DNA from: Auanema rhodensis
Taxonomy: Eukaryota; Animalia; Nematoda
Reading direction: 5' to 3'
Assembly: GCA_964057225.1 (NCBI GenBank)
Contig: OZ059895.1
Span: 15,314,001 to 15,378,000 of the forward strand
Length of the DNA stretch: 64,000 nt
The position numbers and the translations under genes were made by a program. Within the stretch, counting starts at the first letter, position 1. Every line of letters starts with the position of its first letter. The notes beneath the pieces were generated by a model. The model ran no database searches. It worked only from the letters and a program-made list of their open reading frames with translations, and was not told the DNA's origin. This document shows positions 1 through 15,329 of this stretch, piece by piece.

Positions 1-331
1 TGACTCTAGCAGTAGCTGGGCAATGATATGCCAGCTTTAGCCTCTAACGTAGTGCAGGAAGTGAAAATAATTCAGACAGAGAGAGAGAGAGAAAGAAAGA
101 GAGAGCATTCGTTGCTGGACGACAACGTCAACGATGCCAGCAACGTCGACAACGTAAGATGAGGGGTAAGGCGTCATCACAACGTTTGAGTTTCGTTGTC
201 GACGTCGACGACGATGGCAATGACGTCGGCATAAGAGATCAAGTAAAACACATGGCAGATTAAAGGAGTGAAAGTAATAGGATAACATTCATGACAGCAA
301 CAAGTTCAAAATTGAAAAATATAAAACTAAC

Positions 332-3195
<2,864 letters not shown>

Positions 3196-3913
3196 CTGAA
3201 GAATAAAGTCATGAATAACGGAATGAGAGGTTAAATGGACGAGCAAGACGTGAAATATGAGGATAAAGTGGAAGACGATAAACGTTTGAAGGATTAAGAA
3301 ATCGAAAACGAGAATCAAACAAATAGATTTGAGGTTTGTCAACCAAGCAATATCGAGTATCGTCATTGAAATGAGAGTTGATTCCAAAGAAAATAAAGAA
3401 AATCAATTAATTAACGAAGCTTTGCAGCCACAATCATCAGAAGACGTGGGAAATGAGTATGTGAGATTGGTGAAGAGAGAGAAGAGGACGGCCGCAGGGT
3501 GATGATTCCTGGCACATCGTCGCCATCTACAGAAAAAGGAGAAGCACAAAAAATCTTACAAGAAGCCAGTTTGCTTATAATATCAGAAAAATACACGAAT
3601 AAAATGAGAAATAATGCCGAAAACAAGTTGCAAAAGTTAATAAAAAGCTGGATAAGTTGGAAAGGATATAGCCATATGAGGCAACGTCTTTGATGCTTGC
3701 AAGTGTAGAAGAGAGGAGAAGAGGGTAAGGATGATAGATATAGACCACAACGAATTCTTAATAATGATGAGAGAACATATAAAGAAAGAGACCGAATGAA
3801 GGCGAACGATGACGACGAAAAGCTGAACAAGGCATTCATTCCAGAAACTATGTGTATATCAAGTTATCTGGAATTACAGAAACAAAACGGAGAACTAGAG
3901 AGGGATGTGTAGA

Positions 3914-3926
3914 AAGAGAGAGAGAA

Positions 3927-3991
<65 letters not shown>
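3914..3991. repeat. (GA)n microsatellite
   Basis: Directly visible. Confidence 0.95.
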
Positions 3992-3995
<4 letters not shown>

Positions 3996-4827
3996 GAATG
4001 ACCGTTAGATAAAGCATCATCTTTTAATTCACCAGATGTATGAAGGTTACAAATCAAGAAGGCTAAAACACAAATTTCTGAATTTTCAAGCATAATTGAC
4101 AAAATACGATTCTGAAGCCTATAACTAGCTACTACTTCTTGAATATGAAACTCATCGAATCTACTTAATTACAGATGATGTCCTCAGTATGCAGCAAGCA
4201 ACATCTATCAGCTGGAACGAGGATGGCTGTTACTCGTTTTCCAATTGGAGGAAACGAAAATGAAGAGGAAAAGAGGCAAGAATGGGAAGAGCATCAAGAC
4301 ACAAGTAGCTGACCAATCTGCAACTGTCTTCAAATGTTCTTCGATAAGCCACTTGATACTTGGTAACTCAATTGCTTAGACTACAGTAAGTAAGCTGGCA
4401 AGACAGGCTGGGATCCAAGAGTGAGAGCATGAGCAGGATTGGATAGGCAAAATGATTTCAACGGGAAAAAACGCAGTTGTGATCAAAGTTGCTAGCAAGG
4501 TGGAGCAATTGGTAACATTGCAGATTGCGAATCAGGCATTCGTATTCAGCTATATGATTCAGCTTTGAACTCTTTTATCGCTCAAAGCCAAAATTCTTGA
4601 AAGAGTGAGAGAGAGAGGTGAATGAGTAAGTGATCAAACAACTGCACATATTCATTCACTTCATTTGAGTTTAATGTATATTCACATAATTTTCAAATTC
4701 ATTTCGTGAAAAAAAGAGAAAAAAAAACAAAAAAAAGTTGAAAATCTAGTTAATACATGAATCATAAAGCACATGTTATAAATTAAATAATGAAGTGATA
4801 TGCTGATAAAATAATAAAATAGTTGAG

Positions 4828-4832
<5 letters not shown>

Positions 4833-4915
<83 letters not shown>

Positions 4916-4929
4916 GGGAGACAGAGAGA
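4833..4929. repeat. (GA)n microsatellite
   Basis: Directly visible. Confidence 0.95.
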
Positions 4930-5601
4930 AGGGTGAGATGTTAGGCTTCATTGCCCTTTGCACAATGTGGTACTGACTCAGATGTTGCAAATAAGACGAA
5001 AAGGAAGCAAAAGGAAAAGGAATTAGCGTGGAAATTAGACAATTTTTTTGATTAACCTGCAGTGAAAAGAGAAAAAGTTTAATTGAAAAAGTTGCTGAGG
5101 CGAAGACATTTAACACTAAAAATCGAGAAGTGAATGAATAGAAGATGACAAGCCATATCCAATGTTGGAATGAATGGTTGCTTGGCTGATGCTTGGTGTT
5201 CAAAAAGAAAAAAAGAACGCAGCGATGCTGGCGGAGCCAGCCGACATCATCCCGAGACATGCTACTTACTATAAGGCTGAGAAATCTTGTTGAAACTTGA
5301 CACACCTAGATCTACTTAATGAACTGATATGGACCTCTGAGAGTGCTGTTTGATGCATTGGCACAATCTTGAAAATGCCGCTGCTACTAGCTGATGCAGC
5401 ATCAAGCAGAATTAGGTGATAAATTATAAAAGTGGATGGCCAAGGGGCCATGAATAGCATGACATCAGTTGAATGAAGTGTTGCCTCAGGCAACCTCGTC
5501 TAAACTCTTTATTTTCTGATCAGACTAAATGTAATAAGCATAATACTAAATATATATTTCAGAATAATGCTATGTGACCAAAATCTTATTGACACTTTCC
5601 C

Positions 5602-5605
<4 letters not shown>

Positions 5606-5661
<56 letters not shown>

Positions 5662-5670
5662 GGAGGGAGA
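5606..5670. repeat. (GA)n microsatellite
   Basis: Directly visible. Confidence 0.95.
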
Positions 5671-7407
5671 GCATGAAGAAGAAGGGAAATATGATAAGAA
5701 CCTAAGAGAATTCAAGTATGTCAGGAAAAGCCATGTGCTCAAACGGATATCAGGCGAATGCTTTCATGTTCAACCGAAATAATCAGCCGAGTGATGAAAA
5801 CGCATTGCAATGTTGTAAGCTCGCAAAGTTGAACCTGTCAAGCTTGAAAGGTTCAAAACGTTTTCAATGGTTGAATGTTCATGAGAAAAAAAAGAAAAAC
5901 GAGAAAAAGAATGAATAGAATACATGTGTATGTGTTATATCTTCAATTTAGGAGAACAAGAACATGCATACACACACACACACACACACATGCACAGACA
6001 TAGACAGACATGGACACAATGAAGCTGTAATATCTTTTCTAAAAATGTTTTTTATAGAAAAATGATGAAAATAAATGATTTATGAAGACATTGTTCGATA
6101 AAAACAATTGCTTGTAGCTGAACTTATGATGAAAAAGGTTGAATGAGTACGTGAAAAGCCACGTGAATTATAAGCTTAAGCTTATATGCATGGCCAATTT
6201 CATTAAAAAGTAAATCAATACGACCTTAATTCGTGTGCTTTCTTCTATAATTATTTCAAACAAACAATTAGAAAATAGAAAAAAATGGTAAAGAAATCAA
6301 AAATCCATAGATTAATCAATTAATTTTGCTTATTATTGCTTCAAATGGCCAGAAAAACAGGAATGAATGGAAAAAAATTAAAAAATTGTAAGGCTTGAGA
6401 GAGTAGTAAGCCATGTATAAGCTGATTGATTCGTATACATGTCGATGATTTATGGGTTGTTTCAAGCAAACAGCTGGTAGACATCTACCAGATATAGGTA
6501 GAATGAACGTCGACAAGTTAGGAAGTGGTAAAGCTTAGCTCAATGAGCTTATGGGTATGCGTTTGGTGTATGTATGAGTTAGTGAGTGAGTGAGTGTGTG
6601 TGTGTGTGTGTGTAGCAGTTAGATGAATGAAGAAGCCTTAAATGGATAGGCAGAACATATAATGAAGACACAGAGATATAGAGAGATAGAGAAAGATAGA
6701 GAGAGAGATAGAAACAAACAAACAAAGAGACAGAGAGAGAGATAAAGAAAGAAAGAAAGAAAGAGTGGACCAACGCTGGTAGAAGAAGAGTAAAAGAAAG
6801 AGGGAGAGAGAGAGAGAGAGAAAGGTCTTAATGACAAAAAAAGGAATATAGAGTGCAGCTGAGAGGCCGACAAATTCCAGTGCATTAGCTGAATGGCCTT
6901 TTCAGTTCACAACTATATGTATATATCTCGTTACTGCCTCCTTTTTATTCATTTACTCATTGCCTTCTGTCTTCAAATTCTCTTTATAATTCTCTGGACC
7001 TCTCTCTCCCTCTCTCTTTCTCTTCCTCTCTCAATCTTTCTCTCTCAAATCATCTATCCCCCCCCCCCCTTTCTAATAGAAAAAAGAATAAAACGATATA
7101 ATGAAAAGGCAGTATGTATTCGCGTCATTGCCATGACGCTTTATGTACCTGAGCCTCATTAGCATAGCAAAGAATAGCATACACGTAAAACGTGGATTGT
7201 TATTTTCATTTTAAGCTTTTCCATGAAACGGTTGTAATTTTCTATTTATTTACATTTTTTTGCTCATTTATAATATGAAAAGTAAACATATTTGGGATAT
7301 TGCAGATCTTCATAATGAGTAACTGGAACTCATTTCTCTCATCTCCCTAAAGCCAAATCACTTGATAGACTGCTTGTTCGGAGTCTACTGCAACTCAGTT
7401 TTTCTCT

Positions 7408-7410
<3 letters not shown>

Positions 7411-7449
<39 letters not shown>
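7411..7449. repeat. (CT)n microsatellite
   Basis: Directly visible. Confidence 0.95.
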
Positions 7450-7454
<5 letters not shown>

Positions 7455-7924
7455 TTTATAAAGCCGATATAATTGTGTTGAAGAATGCAGTTCAACTTTA
7501 TCTTCCGTTTTATGGAAAAACACAAAAAGTACAAGATTCAGACAGAACTATTACAAACAAAAGCAATTTATTATAAGAAAAAGATAGGGATATGACAGAT
7601 TTCTAACGGCTTCTCATATTAAAATGCTTTTATGATATGCAAGTGAAACTTGACAATGAAATTTTTTAGAAATAAGTAAACAGAGGTAAAGTATTTTCGT
7701 GAAATAAATGGTGGAAATGGAAATAATGTCTTGCAGGTACTCGTAAAATCAAAACATTTCATGTTGCAAGTTAGCTCAATCGTGATGACAAATGGAAATA
7801 AGAGACAATTGTTGCAGCTAATTCGACCTTATTCGATCCGAAGAATTGAATTCGTTGCACAAGTTTTGAAATGAAAAAAAAGTTTCAGTTGTCAGTCATA
7901 TAGACTACGAGAAATACAAGAAAA

Positions 7925-7956
<32 letters not shown>

Positions 7957-9634
7957 GGTGGGTGGGGTGGGACGAATGATTGAAACAGAGAAGTACTAAG
8001 AAGAGACAACATTGTACTTCGTACTTCATATTATATTTGATTTCATGTATTTTTTGAAGTTAAAGCTGCCGTGTTTCGACGGAGGAAAAGCAAGAAATGA
8101 ACAAAATATTTTGTCAGCACGATACGGAAGAAATTTTCGAATAAATTTGCGAAGATGAAATAAAGGAAAAGGCGAAGGACGTCAAAAACGATGATAATGA
8201 AGTTGTCAGAATTGTTCAGAAATGAAACAATGAAACGGCAAATGATTGATCGTGTGAATAACAGAGAGCAAGAGGCTAGTCTGAGGCATAAAGACGCGAG
8301 GACGAGTATGATGAGCATATACGAAGTGGATTGAAGCCGGAAGCTCAGATAGAAGGAAGAGAAGAAATAGACGAGATGATGAGGATGACAACGTCAAGGA
8401 ACAAGCAGAGAAGAAGAATGCATTTCATTTGAAGGTCCTTATTAGGGTTATGAACGAAAGGACGGCTATCGACAAGGCTGACGTAATGTTAGTCGTTAGC
8501 TTCAGCTTTTCCAATCGTTTATTTCAATATAACAATCTAATCTATTAGCATTATTCGGAGAAAAACTTTGTGAGCACATAAGCTTGAGCATGTTATTGCC
8601 GCAAAATGGACAAAGTTTATAATAATTAAAAGAACGAGAAGAGTAAACAAGTACACATACATAGTTGTATGATAATATGGACTCAACTAGAAAACACTCA
8701 TGTTTAATCAGAAGAAATGAAGTTTGTACATATCGACCATGTAAATCCAATAAACGAATTCTTGGAGCTGACGCAGTATGAAGGTAAGAAGCATGACAAG
8801 TTGGAAGAAAGGAATGAAAGATGAAAACATTCCTCTAACTGTCGTGTTGCTTTGTTGTTGTGACGGCGATTGTATGCAGCAACAACATATATACATATAG
8901 AGAGAGAGGAGAGAGATAGAGAGAGAGAGAGAATCTGAACTCATGGATAGGCCTTTAGGGCATTGAGCCGAATCAACAATTTCATCTTCGGCTGACAGTT
9001 TCAATTGAACAGATAACAATCCCTGTCTTCATTCACTCTCCCCTTCACTCCACACGCTTTCATTACAACTTGCTCTCCGTTTCCGTTAGTCGCACCCATT
9101 TTATGGCTCTCCCTCTCTCTCTCTCTCTCTCTCTTGTCCCTCTCTGTCTCTCTCTCTCTGTAATATTTCTCTCATATGTTGCTGTATTCTTATTTAGATT
9201 CGGAATACACAACACAACACACGCACAAACATATTGAAAGAAAAAGCAAGTTACTTGCTCTAAAACACACGAAATCGTCGTCAATGCATTCAAAAAGCAT
9301 CTAGACATATGAAACAGGAAGGAACTGAGAGAAAATCACGTTTTTTATGCTTCACAATTTAGAAGAGAGAGAGAGAGAGAGAGAAAAAGTCATTTGGAAA
9401 GAAAATTAGTCAAGCAATTGAGGTTTAGGTAACTACTGTTGAAGTAAGCTGTAGAAATATGAAAATGTTCGAAAGAAAGTGGAAGAGAAGAAGTGAAAGA
9501 TTAAACTTCGTGCCAACCGGATAAGGAGAAGCATTGAAATAGAGGACTCAAAGTTAAAAGAATGCTAGAGAAGTGAAAGTTTAGAGCTTAAAGCAACAAA
9601 GCATGATATGAAATGGGAAGGAAAAGCTAAAAAA

Positions 9635-9643
9635 AGAGAGAGC

Positions 9644-9683
<40 letters not shown>

Positions 9684-9684
9684 A
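9635..9684. repeat. Interrupted (GA)n microsatellite
   Basis: Directly visible. Confidence 0.9.
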
Positions 9685-11338
9685 AGTATATGAATGATGA
9701 AGTCTCTTTAAGAGTCATATAAAGGCGGTGAATTGTTGTCTATGTATGTATATGTGTGGTTGTGGGGTAGGGTGGGGGGTGTAGATGCACCACACATACA
9801 CATATACATGTCTCATGTATTTGTGTTCATGTTGATATGAATGTCTGTATGAGATGTTGTGAGTTACAACATACTCAACCAGAGAAATAACAGCTTATGA
9901 TATGAAGCAGAAGCACGAAAAGGAACGGTAATCATGAAACATTGTGACATGGAAAGTGGATGAGAAGAGTTTTTGGTGATAAAGAGAGAGACTCTCTCTC
10001 TTGATCACCAATCACCAGAGAGAGAGGGTGAAGAACATCTATTTCTCACACACTTTCTTCTCAAACAAGTGGCAGCCACACAGAATTATCATCCTTAGAT
10101 GCTGCAGTCTGGAGCAGCATAGATGAGATGACGAGAAGACGGAACAAGAAGATTTGCTTCCGAAAAAAAAAACATGCAAAGTGATTGAAAAGCCGTCAAA
10201 TGGTTTTGATTCTTATTCGAATTGTTATTTCGAAATTTCCGTTTATGGGCAGGAAAAAATGGATTCACACACATATATGAACACAATAATAATGAGAAGA
10301 TTTGAAACATTCAGCTACTTCTGGTGATAGCCAGCATGTAGCAAACTACTACAAAGCATATTTCAAATATACGGATATGAAATGAAAAACCTTCTTATAA
10401 AACGGAATATATTCTCGTACAACTAGAAGAAATAAAAAAAAATAGTTAAAAAACATTTTTCGGCAAAATAATTTCATAAATAAGCAGAGAGAGAGAGAGA
10501 AAGGAGGGGGAAAGTATGAAGAGAAAATGAAGCTTATGAGCATAAAGTGGCAAGGTGCTCAAACGGAGACGGGCCAAAAAGATAACGACGACGAAGACGA
10601 CGACGAAGATGACGACGAGATGAAGCCGCCGCCGCCAACGAAGGCGAGGATGACGATAAAAAAATGATAATGGCATGTTTCGAAAAACATCGATGACGCT
10701 AACAACGATTTCGGGATTCTGAATATATATACAGCTGTAGGTGTTTGAGAGAGAGAGAGAGAGAGAGAGAGATCTAGCTGAAGCAAGCACCCTGTTTCAT
10801 TCTATCAGGCAAAATGTATCCGATTTTTGATCAGAATTCGCCACAAAAATTGAAAAATGACAAATTCTTTTAAATTAATTATGCATGTAAATTATAAGCA
10901 TAAACTTGGTTCAAAAACTTAAATGGAAACCCATTAATCAAAACTTAAAAGAAAACATTGGTTGTTCGTGAGAGATAAGAAAACAAAAAACATGAAAACA
11001 AACAATTTCGTCTGAGAATTTCTTACAAAGTTTGCAGTTTATGAGATAAAATGTTGGACGAAACAGGAAATGGAACTGAACGGAAGTGCTGCGTGAGGAA
11101 CTTTGACCATTTAGATTGAAATTATGAAAAAACGAAAAGAAAGAAGAAGAAAAAAAGAAAAACCGACGATCGTTCTGCCTAGCCACATCGATCCGTTTTG
11201 CTTCAGATGATGCTTGAAGCATATTCAAAAATGCTGGAAAACTTGATTCATGCTCACCATTTCCTGCTCCAGAAAGATGAGAAAAATAAATTTCATAACG
11301 ATATACATATCAACAGATGAGAAAGTAGTATCACTTAC

Positions 11339-11407
11339 ATCTCTGAGAGAATTAGAATCTGATGACGGACGAGTTCGCTGAGAACGAGTTAACTGAGATA
11401 GATGCAT
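11339..11407 (-). CDS. Candidate alternative first coding exon of tbc-8 (MHLSQLTRSQRTRPSSDSNSLRD)
   Basis: TTCTTCCAG acceptor ~11 nt before the ATG, 23 codons, then a perfect phase-0 GTAAGT donor compatible with the phase-0 acceptor at 3195. Confidence 0.4.
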
Positions 11408-14400
11408 ACATGTGTGGGCTGGAAGAATGAGTAAGGAAAAAGGAAAACAGCAGACATGTGCTCAAATTTGAGCTTTTCAACAAAATTATGAGGTTATTCA
11501 AGCAATGACAAGCTATAGGATATTCAGAGCAATTTGACAAAAATGTTTTTTGACTTGATTACTTGCTCATTATCAAAAAATCAATGAATATAGAGTAAGT
11601 TGTAATTCATTTTGTAGAGATTTTTTGAACTTTATTGGTCAATACACGAAAATCGCTCAAACTTGAATGAGATGAATAGCAGATCCTTCTCTCAATGTGA
11701 ATATTGTGCTAAAAGGTCAGTGATGTCATGAGGAAATGCTACTGAAAAGGAAGTTGTTTTGCTTCTTAAAAAGACAAAAAATGGAGGAAATGAAGATATG
11801 CAGCTGATTCTAGTTCGTGTGATAAGCGCTCACGAAAATCAAAAAATCTGAAGCTTTTGAACCACATAGCTCAATGGAAATAGGGGACACGAAAGGACTG
11901 GATTCTGTGGGTTCTGAAACGAAATCTGTGGCAGTTTTGTATACTGAAGCTGATGCTTAACTACAGCCATAGCTAACGTTTACTTCTTAACAATTTATAT
12001 CAGCAAAGCTTTTTAGCAATTCCCGCTTAGAGTAGGGAGTTATCTTGATACCAATTGAAATCACACGCACACTCCTCGTACGTATAGCCAGCCAAAGGCT
12101 ACCGTACCCTGTTTTGATCCGCTCTACTATGACATCGTGATCGTTGTCAGGCACTTGTGAAGTACTACATACACACATACATACATACATACAACGAATA
12201 GGACAGAACACTCTCTTCTTTTCAAAATGATGAGAACAAAATGATTTGTGAGCGATATTAGTTGATTAGCTTGATAGTCTCATTAGAGGAGCTGCCCTAT
12301 TTCTTTTTTCAAGATACAATAGGGAAAGGAGGAGAAAGGAGAAAGAGAGAAAAAGAGGTAGAGAGAGAGGGGGAAGAGAAATAGAGATTTGAAAATATAT
12401 GAAAAACATAGCAAATGGAAGAAAATAGGAAGCGCAACAAGATAGATGAAGGGGAAAACCATTTCAAAGATCTTTCTTATACCTTTTAATGTCAGATTTC
12501 AATTGCATGAAACCAATAAAAGTCAGAAATTATGGATTATTACATCATGGTTTGGAATAACATTTAACTTATCCAAGATGGTCTTCTTCCGCCTTTCTTC
12601 CCGAGGCATTTGAGAGCAGTATTTGGGAAAACAAAAACGAAAAAATGCATCTATCCATGATATTTGGGGTCTTTTTCAATTGTCTCTCTCATCTCATCTC
12701 CATATCCATCTCCTTCTTGTGAACTATCATGCTTTTCAGTAAGTTTCTCACACATGATAGTTCATGAAAATAAGGAAATAGAAGAAGAAGAAGAAAGTAA
12801 ATGAAATATAGGATGATTTGACTCTGGTTAAACTCGCATAAGTTCTGAGCGCGAGGTTTGTAACTAAAGTTTTCGAAAAAGATCGTTAGTAGTAGGGTTG
12901 AAGAAGCCGACAAACTCGAGAACTTGGCTAAGAGATAAAGCCTTCAGAATTTAATTACAGAATACTTATCTCGTATGTGATAGAATCGAAAAAAGGTGGA
13001 CATGTAAGAGATGGAGCAAGATGTGTACGTCTATGTGTGTGTGTGTGTGTGCATGTGATTCACGTAGAAGAGTTGCAAAAGATTCTCTCACAAGCTTAAT
13101 CGGTAAAACAGATGTAACTTAACAGATGTAAACTCAAGCATCGCATCCTTTTAATCAAAATGCGGTAAATAAAATCGAAAGAAAAGTCTGAAAATATAAA
13201 TAAGAATGGAGCACGATGCTACAACAAGAAAACATATAATTAACTTGAGCTTGCTTTTAAGCTGACCGAAAAGAAAAAAATAAAAAATAAAATACACATA
13301 CAGACAAAAAGAGAGTAAAGAAGCGGAAATGCGGGAAGGAGGAGAAAGAAAAAAACAACAAAACAGAGATGTAATGATCGCAGACACAGCAAGATTCAAG
13401 CTGGAACAACAGAGTTTAAGACAATCCCAAAGTAAGAGAATGATGTTTTTCCGCTCAATCACAATAACAAGTGATATCAGTTGAAAGTACAGAAGTGGCT
13501 AATTAGCGATTTCAAACCTGAAGATTTTGAAGACCAATGGAGTAAATAGCGCGTAAAGGAAGGAGGGAGGGAGGAACGAGAGTGAGCAACCGAGACGAGA
13601 GAGAAAAGAAGGAGGCACAATAGGCATCTTCTTCAGATAATAATAGAGTAGCGATAAGATAAATGAATAGGCGAAGCATTAACATGACACCCGGACCGAG
13701 AGCCGCCATCTAAATCGCAGATCTAGCTATATGTTTCGCTTAAATGGAGACTTCATCCATGGAAAGCATATGCTAGCTCATGATCACATGAAGAATAGAG
13801 GACGGAGAAAAGGCAATGACACCACATGAAAACAAATGAGAAAGCAAGAAAAATGATGAAACATGAGATATATAGTAATATATTCGTTCAGACTACAAGA
13901 TCAACATTGAGAAAAATAACATGAAAATTAATAAATTTTCAAGGCGTTTTGCTATTTAGACGGAATATATTAAAATGAAAAAAGTCAAATAATAATATAA
14001 AAACATAATAATATTAGGAAAAATCGTGATTAGTTCAAATGCCAATGGGCAGATGAACCCTGGCGACTAACGTGGCCCAATGTCGAAAACTGAAAAAATG
14101 CTAATTTTGAAGTTGACCAATCTATTTTTGAATTTGGGATCCAACAGAACGGTTGACTGATTAATTTCCTCAATAATAGTAATATAAGAGTACGTTGTGT
14201 TTAAATGAGATGGGAAGTAACTTTGGGAGGGCGTTTATTGAAAATATTCTGCTTGAATGAGCCCTAGTAAGAAAGTATAGGTGAAATATTCATAGCACAT
14301 AAACAGATTCTAACTAAAAGTATAAAATTTATTCAGAAGGCAGTTACGTATAATGGACAATGAAATAAGAATAAAAGCATGGTAGAAAATAGAGAAACAA

Positions 14401-15329
14401 GGAGTCTTAAAGATTTTTTTGTTCAAAAGTGCTCAAAACACTCTATCATTCAAACATCAACAAGCACAGACATCAATGTCTATATACACCAGACCTTTTT
14501 ACTCAGCTTATTGGTGACTTGAATCTAATATTCAGCTCTCATGGGAGTGTATATGTATACGGTGCATATTACAAGGTAAATCATATTCATATGTAGAAAA
14601 CTCTTGATTTCAAAAACATTCACTTAGCAAAACAGAAAATTTCTTCTATTTCCAGCGTTCTAGAGATTGAGAGAGGTAGGATGAAGGTGGATAGGAAAGT
14701 AAAGGAAAGATAGAGAGAGATAGAGAGAGCGAAAAAGAGAGAAAATATGGAAAACTTAAAGGTTCAACATTACGATAACATAAATTTAAATATCTGATTA
14801 ACTTTCAATATAACACTTAGTTGCATTAATAACAATATTGGTTCAACGAGGTAGCGAATACATACATACATACATGTATATATATAAATATAAATTAAGA
14901 TTTACAGGTACTATAAGAAGGTATATCTTCACCATAAATCGATTTGAGAAGATTATAAGCTTTTAAGGCATTTAAACCTTGATTGAAATTCAGCTTTAGA
15001 CAGTTACGCACGTGTTGCTTGTCAAAAGCCATTTCAGAAAACAAGAGCAAAAACGAAATTAAACGTGAAAAAAAAAGATTTTTTTTATAATTTAAATTTA
15101 AAACAATTTTTTAAATATAATTTTGAATTTGGTTAATGCTAATTTTCAAATTCAAAATATTTATTCGAATTTAAATGTGGGTGGCTAGAAACTTTTGCGC
15201 ACACCTAATATATGATATTTAAACAGAGAACATATTAAATAATCTCATATCAAATTATGAAAACAAGAGATAAATGGTCTACAAATGCTTACACTTCAGA
15301 GATCAGAGGAGAATTACGACTATCGATAC

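Noticed and set aside
4682-10790. Numerous Leu/Ser/Phe-rich minus-strand ORFs
   Set aside because: By-products of pyrimidine skew and CT repeats; no family similarity or consistent splice structure
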